Below, in pieces: positions 24,423 through 40,587 of a stretch of DNA of 64,000 bases. The DNA comes from Paraspadella gotoi (Eukaryota > Animalia > Chaetognatha): assembly GCA_051294375.1 (NCBI GenBank), contig CM119266.1:4648573-4712572 (forward strand), in the 5' to 3' direction. The notes beneath the pieces were generated by a model. The model did not search any database and had not been told where the DNA came from. It was given only the letters and a program-made list of their open reading frames with translations. Position 1 is the stretch's first letter. Every line of letters begins with the position of its first letter. A program made the position numbers and the translations under genes.

Positions 24423-27400
24423 AGCGAAACTTCTAATCAAACTCAATCTAGTCAAAAACGAGAATCAAATCCAGATTTAAGGCGACCGACTCACGCTGGT
24501 AAGCTGGTTGTATAGATTTGTTATTTGGAAGCAACAATCCAAGATTCTTCACGCTATCCTCTCTATTTTAATTTAGCTCCGATCGAACATGCTCATTTGC
24601 AAGCATTAAACCCCGTCCCTTCGCCGGCCCACGCTTTCCGTCCTTACATTTCGCACCTCGATCTTCGTGGCATGGATCCCCGCAGCATGGATCCTCGTGC
24701 AGACCTTCGAGCCCTTAATCCCCGAGTCGGGGATCCTCGAATTGCGGATCCCCGGGGATCGGATTATCGTGGCGTGGATACTAGGAGTCAAGATTACCGC
24801 GCCCTCGATTCCCGTAGCGTGGATCCTCGTGGCGTTGATGCGCGTGGCGTAAATTATCGAGACACCATTCCTTATGCGGTGGATCGAAGCAGGGATCATC
24901 GTGGAGAGGATCATCACCGTGGCGCAAATCCTGATACCCGAGTTGTCGAGTTTCAATCCGTCCCTCCTCGCGCATCGCAGACTCGATCGATCGATCGAAG
25001 CCTCGAGTCACGTGACTTCCGCCTCAGTCGTCACTCGGACGATCAGGATTTTCGTCGTCGTCACGATCGTCGATCTCAAGAGGCGGCCGACTTCACCACC
25101 AGCGCCGTTCGATGTCTCGAACAGTTGGCGCGCGATGTCGACCGCGGGGAATCTATTTATTCCCATCGACGTGACGCGGAGCGTGGTCAAGACGCTGAAC
25201 GGGGACATGATGCGGAGCATCGACGCGACTCTGAAACGCGACGCAATGCGGGGCAACTATTAGACGCGGAGCATCGACGCGATACGCAAAACTTGGTTAG
25301 GAACGATCGACGATCGCCCGCGCGTCGTTTGGATCGATCACCTCATCGTCCGCCATCTCCTTCGCGATTACGACGGAGTCGCGACTCGCCGCAACAGCGA
25401 GGTCCGCCGACGTCAGCGTTGGACGAACCCAAGTCGAAAGACCGACGATTGGTGGCGAGTAAACCCGTGGAGTTGGTGTGGCTTCGAGACTCTCCAAACT
25501 GCGAGACGCGTGACGAAGCCAAAGAAGACTGCTCGTCGTCTAGGGACACGGCGGCTGAAGAGCCGCTGAGGGCGCCTGTCTCGCCACCGCGCGCCGCCTC
25601 GCCGCCTTCGACCCTCGATTCCGTTGGCGATCCGTCCGAACCGCTCGACGAGTCGGCCGATCCTCCAGCATCGCCTACAACTCCCCCGTCAGAAGATCAC
25701 GCGATCATCAGCTCGATCGACAAGGCACAGTCTCGTATGTCCCAAGCTCGGCGTCTCTACCGTCGACGCAAACGTCTTAAGTTCGGCTTCTGCGATGACG
25801 ACGATGTACCTTCGCGCGAGAGTCTCGAGGAGTTGATGAAGGTGTGAGAGGACAGTTTCGTCAAAGTACAAAAGTGTGTCCTAATAAGGCTCTAAATACT
25901 ATAACCATAAGCTAAAGTTTATAGTAACAGTTTATCTGATGTATCCTTTCAACAAACTCTGGCTTACTTCTTTGAGATCTTGTAATCTAATATCATACTC
26001 TGGAACATGAATATTAAGGTGGACCAAAATTGAATACTTTCTATATCTTTTAGTTCTTTCAATTTTTTTTTTCCTTTTTATTATTAAATCGATTTTCAAT
26101 GTAACTTTTTGAATAAGTTCATTGGGTTGTTGCACTAAAGCTTTTAAATATTTATTAATATATAAGAAATGACCAAAAAAATTGTTTTAAAAGTTAATGA
26201 AAGTTAGTACTACAATTTTTGAAAATTTTGATAATAAATTGGTTAAAAATAAGAAAAACTTTAAAAAATCATTATCATCATCATTCGCTGAATTTTATGA
26301 TTTTTTTCAAATTTTTATCTATAAAACAAAAAAATTTTAAAAAGTTGTATTAATAACCTTTAACTTTTAAAGCTCTATCAGAATCTAAAAATTAAAAAAA
26401 AATTTAAACTTAATTTTAAGATAAATTTTAAAAATTATTTTCATTTTCATATTCTCTAACAGTCATTAAACCAATATTTATTTGAGAGAACATCTAGTTT
26501 TCAACCTGTTCCGGCCTAATGAATATAAATAGAGTTCAATCCTACAATATGTAAATGAGATTGAGAGATTGAATCGTATTTCAAACTATCTCTTACAAAG
26601 GAACTGGAAGAGTTGGAAGAATTGACGCGCGAACGATGCGCCCTTATCACCATTTGGCCAAAGAGATACGACGAGAAGGAGACGCCACCTGATGACGCTA
26701 AGATGAACTACATCTCTGCGCTCGGTTTGAGGACGAAAAGGTTAGTTGGGTTGGACATAAACTTTTGATCTAACGTTAAGCAAAAGTTGGATCAAAATTT
26801 TATATCCAACAGTTGCGCCGCGAATTTACTAAAACACTTTTTGGCCGATCGGTTTGTCTATCATTATTGGATTATTAATTAACATTATTAATTAATTATT
26901 AATCAAATAGACAATGTTTAATAATAACATGCATCGGCAAGTTCAGAGTCTTTGAGATTGTCCATGATATTGTCTCCAACACAAATTCATCCTTTTATTT
27001 TTCAACGCTGCAGAGCCGCGGAGGACGCGCGTTGGGAGATGCGGCTTAGATCGAGGCGGCTGCGGAGAGAGAGAAGCGTCAGTCCAGTCCTTCTTCAAGA
27101 GGAGGAAGGATTCGACGCAACCAAATACGGTTGGTATATGAAAATTGCAATAGTTTTTTTAGATTTTATTACATTTTGCAGTATTTGTTTGTGACATCAT
27201 TTATATCGGAGAATAATATAATAATGATATTTGGTGATTCATCACTTTACTGACCTAATTGTTGAAGCTCGAACTGCCGTCTTCCTATGTATTTAGTATG
27301 TATTTATTATTTAGTTGTTCTTTTCATTTTCTCTTTGGCATGTGACATAATTTACCAACTCTTTCTCAAGGTGGTCCGCCTTGGAACGAAGTCACCCTTT

Positions 27401-28570
27401 CTCTCCTGGAGGCTGAGCTACGCGGCGGGTGCGACTCTACGACGGGGGCGCGCCTGTCGCGGAATCACGTCAATGAGGACGCGTCGCGTCTTCGGTCAAG
27501 AGGCGTCGACGCTTTCGCCGAGTCGTTGGGTCTGAGGCCGAAGAGGAGGAGGAGGAAGAAAGAGGAGGAGGAGGAGGATGGCGGGGAAGATAAGAAGGAA
27601 GTTAAGGTGGATACGAAGGTGAGAGAGAGAGAGAGAGAGACAAATAGACATGTTTTCTCTCATCCCGGTGTCTCAAATCCAATTTCCCCCCCCACACACA
27701 CAGTCCGACTTTTTGAAGACGGAGAACGACTGCGTCACCATGGAAGCCACTTCATCTCAACTTCCTTCAGCCGAGTCTGCCGCTGCGACGCCGGCTTCGT
27801 CAACGGCTGCGGCGCCGGCTGCGGCGCCGGCTGCGGCGCCGGCTGCGTCAACGGCTGCGGCGCCGGCTGCAGCGCCGTCGGGTCCTGCCTCCGCCGCCTC
27901 CCACTCTCCACTCTTCTCGTCGACGACTCGCGATCCTCGGATGATGGAATTCGCTCAGGAATTCCACGAGGAGGTTTTGCGAGAAACGACGATGAGGAAA
28001 CGGGGTGAGTTGCGGGGGGGGGGGAGAAACATGTCTTATAATTGAGGTTTCATGGTGAAGGAAAAGACTAATGTGAGTTAATTCTCTTTTCTTTACTCTA
28101 AAGGTTTGGAGTCAACCGTCGGTGGTGAAGATGGCGCCGTCGTCGCGCCGCCGCTCGATAGCGTCACTCTCGAAGACCAAACTGATTTGGCCCCCGTCAC
28201 ATCTTCGGTTCGCGATCCTAAATTCGCTTCGACTCTGCGCGAATTTCTTCAAGCTTTTCGTGGACATCTACGAGGTGAGTATTGACCAGGCGGGTGATCC
28301 ATCTTCTCTAAAATGAGACAATCAGCTTCGATCTTCCTTTGCAGATGTAGCCGAGTCTCTTCCGTCCCGCGACGAAGCGACGACGGCGGCGGCGGCGGCG
28401 TCGGCGGCGGAAGCTGCGTCGAGAGAAGAGAATCGCGTCGACTCATTGAGCGACATCTTCAAAAAGACGATCAAGGAAATCCTCCAGGTTTGACGAATAG
28501 TTTTGAATTATTGATAAAATATCTTATGTTACGGTTGATGTTTATTGTACTTTATTTTGGTCAGGATTGA
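75..28570 (+). CDS. GSE1 / plexus-like nuclear protein, multi-exon, 5' end lies upstream of the window
   Basis: Phase-compatible GT-AG exons: 75-239, 328-489, 994-1054, (1805-1832 and/or 4700-4708), 4829-4949, 5342-5553, 5908-6124, 11473-11634, 11703-11799, 13203-13467, 22915-23034, 23373-23635, 23804-23916, 24098-24303, 24425-24498, 24577-25841, 26601-26740, 27014-27129, 27371-27618, 27704-28004, 28104-28274, 28345-28487, 28565-28570 (D-stop); AATAAA near 28788. Three CxxC..FPF[LI]..CxxC..L..Q[WR]...E..R.Y repeats; E/R-rich coil; DDAKMNYISALGLRTKR...RSRRLRRERSVSP and EFAQEFHEEVL resemble recalled GSE1 motifs (KLEFLQLFGL...RRRMLRERSPSP; FAHQFHESVL). Exon choice between 1054 and 4829 is uncertain. 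Confidence 0.72.
500..890. repeat. 20-bp minisatellite (TCCAACTTCTTTCGTCACTT)n, about 15 near-perfect plus degenerate copies, intronic
   Basis: Exact 20-bp periodicity visible 601-880; explains the repetitive tail of ORF 330-968. Confidence 0.97.
1104..1777 (+). mobile_element. Helentron/DINE-1-like non-autonomous element (family B)
   Basis: 5' palindrome GGATCTGC-ttatca-GCAGATCC followed by GACTCTATAATTCACTT (shared with family A); 3' subTIR GCAGATCCG near 1752; internal ~155 bp duplication containing TGAAATTTTG(T/A)TGTGGGTAGG; T-rich flanks. Confidence 0.55.
2798..2857. repeat. 18-bp tandem repeat (TGCATAATTTGGTCATTT) x3-4
   Basis: Direct reading; probably part of a decayed DNA element. 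Confidence 0.8.
4160..4415 (+). mobile_element. Structured 256-bp element, TGTGGC...GCCATA termini, 4-bp TSD (solo-LTR/Ginger-like), copy 1
   Basis: TSD TATT at 4156-4159 and 4416-4419; similar copies at 6202/11256, 6603 and 57005. Confidence 0.85.
5742..5790 (-). ncRNA. Minimal type I hammerhead ribozyme (Penelope-type)
   Basis: Minus strand: AAAACG-CUGAAGA-A-GACUC-gaaccaau-GAGUC-GAAAC-AU-GUA^CGUCUU. Intact core, 5-bp stem II, palindromic ACAUGU stem III, stem I ACG/CGU. Confidence 0.75.
6603..6855 (-). mobile_element. Structured TGT...ATA element, copy 3 (terminal bases eroded)
   Basis: Near-identical reverse complement of 4160-4415; TSD not visible. Confidence 0.85.
7031..8660 (-). mobile_element. 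5'-truncated Penelope-like element remnant with short terminal inversion
   Basis: 7031-7083 is an inverted repeat of 8606-8660. The minus ORF (RRPKRPLQEEGEE...GQSAGVSGQRNIRVARGIF) matches the 3' end of the PLE at 19560-19730. (GA)n tract and degenerate hammerhead near the 3' end. Confidence 0.75.
7087..7133 (-). ncRNA. Degenerate hammerhead ribozyme (C3 changed to A)
   Basis: AAACG-AUGAAGA-A-GGCUU-gaaugcua-AAGCC-GAAAC-AU-GUC^UGUUU; stems I and II pair but core CUGA reads AUGA. Confidence 0.6.
8683..9439. mobile_element. MITE with 21-bp perfect TIR
   Basis: CATCACGCATAAAATGGGGTA (8686-8706) / TACCCCATTTTATGCGTGATG (9417-9437); TSD unclear. Confidence 0.6.
11860..12025 (-). mobile_element. 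tRNA-derived SINE-like element (diverged subfamily)
   Basis: Minus strand GGGGTCATTGGAGCCGGCGG...CTCCCAA...GGTTCTAGCC...GCAGTTTAGTGGGACGGG, homologous to 28989-29220; boundaries approximate. Confidence 0.6.
13682..14005. repeat. ~64-bp minisatellite x5
   Basis: Unit TCGTTAAAGAAATGAATTAACCGAAGTCGTGATCATGAGATCCTCGTTGTCCTTTTATTTCTAT repeated five times with single indels. Confidence 0.95.
14389..14548 (+). mobile_element. Helentron/DINE-like family A, 3' fragment
   Basis: GTGACTGCTAG...AAAAGACGGAATT...GGCGCAACACATTGGATGTACCGATCTTGTT matches the 3' half of 37833-38133. Confidence 0.6.
14907..16185. mobile_element. pogo/Tc1-mariner-type MITE, ~1.28 kb
   Basis: TIR GGGTAGTGCGGGGTAATT(T)CGGAACA / TGTTCCGAATTACCCCGCACTACCC; TA TSD; subterminal palindrome AGTGTTCCGTTTTACCCC-agggt-GGGGTAAAACGGAACACT near 15985-16025. 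Confidence 0.85.
16679..16821 (-). mobile_element. Helentron/DINE-like family A, short copy
   Basis: Minus: TTAGTTGCGCCGCGAGTACTCGCGGAGCGACTCTATAAGTCACTT, GTCY microsatellite, GGCGCAACACATTGGATTTACCGTTCTTGTT. Confidence 0.7.
17332..17373 (-). ncRNA. Hammerhead ribozyme in the left inverted pLTR
   Basis: Minus: GAUG-CUGAUGA-A-GGCUU-gaguugu-GAGCC-GAAAC-AU-GUC^CA; core intact, stem I only ~2 bp. Confidence 0.65.
20290..20331 (+). ncRNA. Hammerhead ribozyme in the right pLTR (sense to host pre-mRNA)
   Basis: GATG-CTGATGA-A-GGTTT-gagttgt-GAGCC-GAAAC-AT-GTC^CA; predicted cleavage after 20328; stem I short. Confidence 0.65.
20430..22763 (-). CDS. EEIG1/FAM102-family NT-C2 domain protein, nested antisense in an intron of the GSE1-like gene (12 exons, 379 aa as read)
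   Basis: GT-AG exons 22763-22680, 22612-22505, 22449-22336, 22175-22062, 21949-21780, 21689-21603, 21533-21489, 21430-21336, 21017-20908, 20821-20733, 20668-20605, 20489-20430 join in frame. Translation includes LKRKHLFHVEIQLEELMAVPFLTGSFYCKI...VWRQLYTFQC...VLDPC...KIGYVLVDLSEYTGCG...NSILTVT..ILSGD..YRTP, matching recalled FAM102A (LEELTAVPF..GVLFCKV; LLDPC; KLGFADLNLAEFAGSG; NSILKVT..LLSGDPCFKTP). Confidence 0.88.
20541..20574 (-). mobile_element. Terminal hairpin fragment of the TGT...ATA element
   Basis: TGAGGCGGTGTGAATATACCGC..CCGCCACA, matching the family terminus. Confidence 0.7.
21076..21293 (-). mobile_element. tRNA(Gly-CCC)-like SINE-type element with 5' hairpin
   Basis: Reverse-complement homolog of 28989-29220; B box GGTTCAAGCCC; lies in an intron of the nested gene. 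Confidence 0.75.
22235..22330. repeat. 24-bp tandem repeat x4 (TAATTAACGATATTGTCTCCATCA)
   Basis: Direct reading; fills most of intron 3 of the nested gene. Confidence 0.95.
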
Positions 28571-28988
28571 ATTTTTGTTGGTTGGAGTTGAGCGTTACGC
28601 CCTTCGTCGTTAGCGTAGAAGTCTATTTTTTTAAAAGTGCCTTATCTTGCGTCTCGTTGATTTTTATAGTCTTTGTTATTTTTATATATTACGTCCATTT
28701 TCGATTTTTAATATTCTTTTGATGATACTTTTTTATAGTGCTCAGTGATATTTTTTATACAGAGAACTTACGGAAATCAAAATGTTTGAATAAAATTTGA
28801 TGTTCTCTACGTAAATTTAATTATTTTCGCTCAACTTTTGTAGATTTTTGAAAAAAAATTGTTTACAATGTTTAATTTAAAGATTTATAATTATATTCTC
28901 ATCATTTCTTATCCAGCTTGAAAGTCAGGGATCTTATTTCATTTTGATAGCAATAAAAATTTTATACGTACATTCGTTTTTAATTCTT

Positions 28989-29220
28989 ATGGTGGACTAA
29001 AATCCACCAACCGTTCATCAGTGGCCATTGGTGCCGGAGGAAAGTCATTCGTCTCCCAACCCAAAGGTCCGCGGTTCTAGCCCGGTGGCCGCCTAGCAGT
29101 TAAGAGGGACGGGGCGCTTAACCCGCCTGTAACTCGGTGTTACAGCCTGATCCGAAGCTCAGGGACTGCTTATATTGAACGGTTCTGTCATTAACACTTA
29201 TCAATAATTACTGTCTCTTC
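28989..29220 (+). mobile_element. tRNA(Gly-CCC)-like SINE-type element with 5' hairpin
   Basis: tRNA-like 29021-29093: acceptor GTGGCCA/TGGCCGC, A-box-like TGGTGCCGGAGG, loop CT-CCC-AA, B box GGTTCTAGCCC; candidate TSD ATTCTT (28983-28988 / 29221-29226). Confidence 0.75.
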
Positions 29221-29478
29221 ATTCTTTTCTTTTCTTTGCATTTCATTTTATTTCATTACTGTATACCTTTTTTCTTCCAATTTAAAAAATATCACAGCTT
29301 TTTTTTTCCTTTTTTTTCTATCGCTTTTTCATAAATGTTGTTTAAAAAGATGTATTCTGAGCTATTTCAAAAGAAAAGACACTATAATAATAGTAGTAAA
29401 GTAATAGGAGAAATCTTTTTAATCCTCAATATTAATGCTAATTTAATTTGATTTGAAAAAGTAGTAAAATAATTAATA

Positions 29479-29792
29479 CAGACCTGTGCAAAAAAAAAGA
29501 GGACACCCTAAAACATTGCCCAAATAAATTATTATAGGTCAATAAACTTTATAGAAAAAGGAACTATTGGTGCAAATTTGGTTCAAATTTAGCAATCCAT
29601 TTGAGAGTAAAAGTAACTACTCAAATAGAGCCCAAAAAAATTTATATTTTTTAACCTTTTGTGTTTAGAATACCATATTTCTTGAATGATTATCCGATTT
29701 TTTTTTAACGTACACATATGTGTTTAAATACATGCATAAAACTCGCGCTATTTAGGATTTAAGAGTGTCCTCTTTATTTTTGCACAGGACTG
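29479..29792. mobile_element. Tc1/mariner MITE, 314 bp
   Basis: TIR CAG(A/T)CCTGTGCAAAAA(A/T)AAAGAGGACAC, TA TSD on both sides. Confidence 0.88.
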
Positions 29793-30412
29793 TATTTTAA
29801 CTGAGTTTGTTTAGTGGTTTCTGAGATAGCTCGTGCAGTGTGGTGTCTGGGTTAAAATTATGTCTATTGTCCTTATTTTAAATGAGATTATTTCAAGAAA
29901 TATATTTTGTTTAAAAAAATCTGAGGCGCTTGGCTTTAATTTATTTTTCAATTTGTTTCTTGACGCACCGAGATCATTAATTTATTTCAATGAGAAGATA
30001 ATCTTTAAGGAGATTAGTAAAAAGTTTACTCCATAAAAATATTAATATTGATTTTATTATATCTTTTTCCTTTGAAAGTAGTTCTTTTGTTTTTATTTCT
30101 AAACCCCTTAGTGCTCTATCTCCGGTACTGATTTGCTTTATCCTTCATTTAGAGCCATAGTTCGATAAGCAGATCTGTAATCTGTATCCGTCAAGCCAAG
30201 GGTCGGACGAAACTGGGCCGAGGTTCATCCTCACGGAAGAAGACCTTTGAAACGAATCACGAATTAGGATGATCTCATTGTGAAGTTCGTCTCAAAAAGA
30301 AAAACTCCAGAGTTCAACTTAAAATAATTTCATCGCGTGAATCTTTGTTGAGAAACTACGAAATAAAACAATAGAATACAATAACATACAATACAATACT
30401 CCAAAAAATAAA

Positions 30413-32107
30413 ATGTCTGAAAACGTGGAATTCGATTTGGACTTAGAGGAGAAAAATGAGACTCTCGAAATAGATAAATTAAACATTTGCGAAGATATTC
30501 ATGCGAATAAGGACTCGGCGTTATCAAGGTAATAATATCCCATAATTTAACTCTCGCAATAGAAATACATAGTCAAATTCTTGCTGGATTAAATTTTTTT
30601 CTGTTTATATTTTCCTATTGTTCAATTCAGGATCAATGAAAAAAACCAGCTATCTTTTTCCCAATTGGAGGTGGCCCCTTTAGAAGCATTAGTGAGAATT
30701 CTCAATGACGACATTTGTACCTCACAACTCCCTCAGGAGAAAGACGAGGTGATAAGCTCGTTTTAGCTCAATTTAACTTTTTGTTAATGTTAAATTCATT
30801 CGACCCTCTATGACTTTAAGGATCTGTGCTTCTGCGAGGACGAACACCGAGCGGAATGCTTGTCCCGGGCCGACATTCATTTCATGAATTGGGGCAAAGT
30901 GAAGAAAAGTCCCAGTTGCGATGTCCTCATGACGGTCAGTGGAATTAAGAGGTTTTTCATTTGCAATAAGCAATAATTAAATAATAATAATGTAATTTTT
31001 CATTCTTGCAGAGATTAGGTCCTCTTCCCTGTTCTTCCCTGACCAAAGCTTGCGATTTAGACTCGACCGCCAAATCCGGCGGTTCAGACAAGGTAAGCAG
31101 CGATCAAGCATACCTTATTTCCAGTCAAGCACCTTGGAGGGAATCAAATCCTTTTTCATCTTTTTTTGTCAGGAATCGAGAAAAAGCGAATCTGGGGAAT
31201 CGAGTCTCCCTCCCGTTCCCGAGGACTCGACCCACGACGACGACGACGACGACGACGACGATTTCGAAATCGTCGAGTCTTTCGATTCTCACTTTGAAAT
31301 TTCTCTTCAAATCAAAACTCCGCCTGGTGAGTAATGAGAATGGTATGTGTGACAACCCTCATGTTGCTGGAGTGTTTATACTTGCATTGTTTAGGAGTTT
31401 AGTATTTATCTCAATTGCTTTATTTTTTATATTTACGACGGGTTATGCGAAGACCATGTGTTTTCAGATTGCGTAATATATATTGGCCGAGGTGTGACTG
31501 ATTCTTTATTCAATATTTATGTATTTATTTTTGTATATCTTTACTCAAAGCGGAACCCCCCGACTACGACTGCTCCGATTGCGGCGAATCCACCGTCTTC
31601 TGTCATCCTCGATTTTGTCACTTTTGCGGTCGAAACTTTTGCAAGAATTGTTTGACGGAGGACGAAGCGTTGATCCCCGCCCTCGTCTTCAATCTCGGGG
31701 ACTGGAATCTCCGCCGCGTCTGCCGTCCTTGCGCCGCCGCCATCGACCAACACTATTTCGAGCCGATATTGCGACTCGACGCCGACGCTGGCCAAGAGCA
31801 TTTCCGAGAAATCCTCCTGCTGCGAAGGGAGGCGGCGAAGGCTGCAAAGATTTATATGTCGTGTCCCTCGGTTAATCGTCAGGACGTGGATAGACTGCGC
31901 GCCCTCGTCTGGCCGCGGGAATACGTTCTTAGAGACGCGGATCGATTCTCCCTCGCGGATCTGGACGAATGTAGACGGAAAAAGTACGGGACTATTTTGA
32001 AGGGCGTGGCTAAGATGTGCGGAAGACACGCCAGGTGGTGTTCCAAGTGTCGCCGCTCGTCGTCGGAGAAACGAGAAGAATCTACCGAGACGCGTGCGGG
32101 GAAGTAG
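30413..32107 (+). CDS. Rubicon-homology (zf-RING_9; PLEKHM1/DEF8/Rubicon-like) protein with LIR motif
   Basis: Exons 30413-30528, 30631-30748, 30821-30934, 31012-31092, 31173-31326, 31551-32107 join in frame. CSDCG...PRFCHFCGRNFCKNC...IPALVFNLGDWNLRRVC...FSLADL...HARWCSKC matches the RH domain; DDDDFEIV is LIR-like. Confidence 0.78.
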
Positions 32108-33019
32108 GAAAAGTTTTTTTTTGTCGGTGGTCGTAAGGAAGCGTCAGAGTCCTTACATGACTACGCGATCACCGGCCAGGCATATTTCTTATTCCTCTCT
32201 ATACTGTTATTTTTTTAGGTTTTTATAACACATCTTAGAAAGCGTATGTATTTTATAGAATTTTTATAGAATTTGTATTCCCGTTGATAAGTAGTGTTTT
32301 TATTTTAGTTTTCTTAAACCAAAACGTAGTTAAAGAGAACGTTTCTTTGGAATCCAAACTTTTTGTTAAGCCTTTGAAGCAAAAACAAATTTTTAATTTG
32401 ACCTTCTGTCCAGATTTCGGTCTCTAATAATAATAAAAACAAACATTTGATGTATATTTTCATTGTTTATTTCAGCGTTTCTGCTGGATAAAATGGTTTT
32501 AGTAGTGACGTGTACAGAAAAACCGGACAGATGTAGAAAAATATTCACGAAACAATTGGATTTATTTTCTTATTCTAGCTTTCTAGCTTTAAACTTTAAG
32601 CTAAATTAAACTTCGACTTCATTGACTTTGCGTAAACATTCACTAAACTCAGTGAATTCAGAAAAAGTTCTTTTAACATTTTTAAGATTTCCCTCCGTCT
32701 GATAAGTCTATAGTTAACTACTGGAATCTAGTACCTTTTGCCTTGTCCTCATTTCTTCTTATTATTGTCCTTCTTATTCTCCTTTTAATAAATTTTTTTA
32801 CTGATTAGTTAGTTAGTAATGCTACTATATCTAGCTGTAGATATTCTTCCTACTTCCTAATTTTGTTCTTTTTTTTCTCCCAACAGGGTTTCATAAAATT
32901 CAAAAAAATATTAAATTAAGGTATTAATGAAGAATGTTTCTCAAAGTGAATATGCACAATAGGTTTAATGTATTAGAGCTATATCGTTTCTATGACGTTT
33001 CTTTTTCAATGCAGTTTGA

Positions 33020-33042
33020 TTTGAATTGAAATTGGCGGGCGG
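33020..33042. promoter_or_regulatory. Possible E2F/CHR-type promoter element upstream of DOT1L
   Basis: TTTGAA next to TTGGCGGGCGG in a GC-rich patch ~700 bp upstream of the ATG; motif match only. Confidence 0.25.
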
Positions 33043-33729
33043 TTCCCATTCATCGTCGTGGCATGCTTGCTTAAATCCCTTGTTTGCTTCATGTGTCATG
33101 GCGCCGCCTACAAGACCATTTTCCTAAAAAACAGCCTTCTCAATTTTTATTATTGATCAAATTCAAGAAAATCTCACTAAAAGCAACCACGTATAATTCA
33201 ATAATAATTATCTGCGCTTGGTTTTCGCCTTATACTGATTAGCAATCGATAAATAGTAATATCAAAGCAGCAAAATCAGTAAAATAAAAGAAAGCTTTTT
33301 TTTTATACCACGAGTAAAAAATAGAAGTCAAACCAGAAATTAAAATGCTAAGATAAATTTTTATTAATATAAATCAGATACAGCAATACATTTTGCATCT
33401 GCTTTTAAAATAGCCTTGGTGTTAATCTTATTTTCATAAGTTTCTAAAAGCAAAACGTAAAGTTTCAAATATTCGTCAAGTGCATACATACTTTTATCAA
33501 GAGTTCGAGTGAACTCATTAACGAAGGGCAAACTTTTTGCATCTTATCATCATAAATTGATTTTGTTAAGACTGTTTTTACATTGTCTTGTTTATTTTTA
33601 GGACGAATGAATAGGAATAATTGAGTATGGTCATATTATTTGAAAAAAAAAAAATAGTTTAAAAAACAATGCGGACCTAGTTGAACCTTCATACAAATTT
33701 TCGGTGCGCGGTTTTGATGGTGGAGGGCG

Positions 33730-39180
<5,451 letters not shown>

Positions 39181-40161
39181 CATCAAATTTTTATTGCGTA
39201 GCACAAAATATTATATATTTAATGAAGGAAGGAAGGAGGGGGGATTATTATTTTTATATTCGGCGAGAGCACTCCCGCGAAATTTCGTCCGAGTTGACGA
39301 TAACAAGGGACTTTGCAAACCCCTTCTCTCGCCATCGCGAATTGATTATGACATTAGCAAAAATAAACTAAATCATTGCCGACAGCCGTTTCACTGCCAG
39401 TGATTGGAGTTTGGCAAAAACATATATTTGACAAGATATCGCGTATATGTATATGGAAATTTCTTTTTTCCAGCATAATAAAAATTTTTTGCAAAAAAAA
39501 AAAATATATATCAGGGATTATTCATCGCGCAGTTTTACTTGGTCCGTTTCATTGATCCGCGTAGTTAATGGTCATTTTAGGTCAGACGCAATTTAATTTC
39601 GAATGATTTGCAGTCATAATTCAAACGTTGCACTCATGTCTTTAGCTATTCCTTCTTTTAATTTAAAACATTTCCTGGTGTACAGTTGGATTTTTATTTC
39701 CGGTTTTGTTTTAATAGTATTAAGAACCGAATATTTTTATTGTCACGCGTTATAATTATGTTCCATATTGTTATCTTTATGAACTCATTTCATTATGCAT
39801 CCTTGAATTTTTATGAATTGTCACTTTTACAAAGAAAATTGTAAATTTTTGTAATAAAATCAACCTTAAACAATGATTTTGTCATTCAGTAACCGATTTT
39901 TTTCTACAAAAAAAGTTTTCATATTACTTATCAATTACACAAGTACACGTTCACGTACATAAAAAAATTAACTGAAGTTAATTCATCGCGAGAAGAAACA
40001 CAAAAAAATTTATAAGCTTAGATCTCAGATCACGATCGAATTGTCATTAAGTCCGTCTAACCTACATTTAAAAAACCAAAATTTATTTCCAGTTTCTTTC
40101 TTTCTCGAGCGTGATGCTGCGAAAGGCGCGACGTTGCAATCTCCGGTTCCAAGAATGTTCT

Positions 40162-40172
40162 CAAGATGGCGA
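40162..40172 (+). promoter_or_regulatory. YY1-like motif in the MGAT1 upstream region
   Basis: CAAGATGGCGA ~420 bp upstream of the ATG; motif match only. Confidence 0.3.
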
Positions 40173-40587
40173 CGCTTAAAGACTCGACTTTTCGCCAGAG
40201 CAATCACGACACGCAAAGGTTTTCGACGAGTACGAATAAGCGAATTAGTTTCGTCGTAGTTCTGCCAAAGTCGTCCCCGGTTTCGACGTCAACAAGAAAA
40301 ACAAATAAGGGGTCATCTCTCCATCGATTCCTTCTCTGTCTCTCTCAACTTCGAGCCGTCAATCTAGTCACCGAGTGAAAGGGACATTCGTCGTCGTCGT
40401 CGAGATTTCTCTTTCTCCGACTTTTCTCTCGTAGTCTATTTTTAGAAATCACGATTGCCACAAAAAAAAACCCAAAAGATTTTCTCCGTTGCTCACGCTT
40501 TAGGAATTCCGCACCTCGTGCTACACTACTCGCCCCCCTTCCCTTTTAAGACCACGCCCATTCGGCGGGGCGTCCGCGTCCCCGACC

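Noticed and set aside
25932-26135. 67-aa minus-strand ORF in an intron
   Set aside because: No recognisable motif or partner exons.
29021-29093. Functional tRNA-Gly(CCC) gene
   Set aside because: Anticodon stem mispaired and embedded in a dispersed repeat with conserved flanks; treated as SINE-type head.
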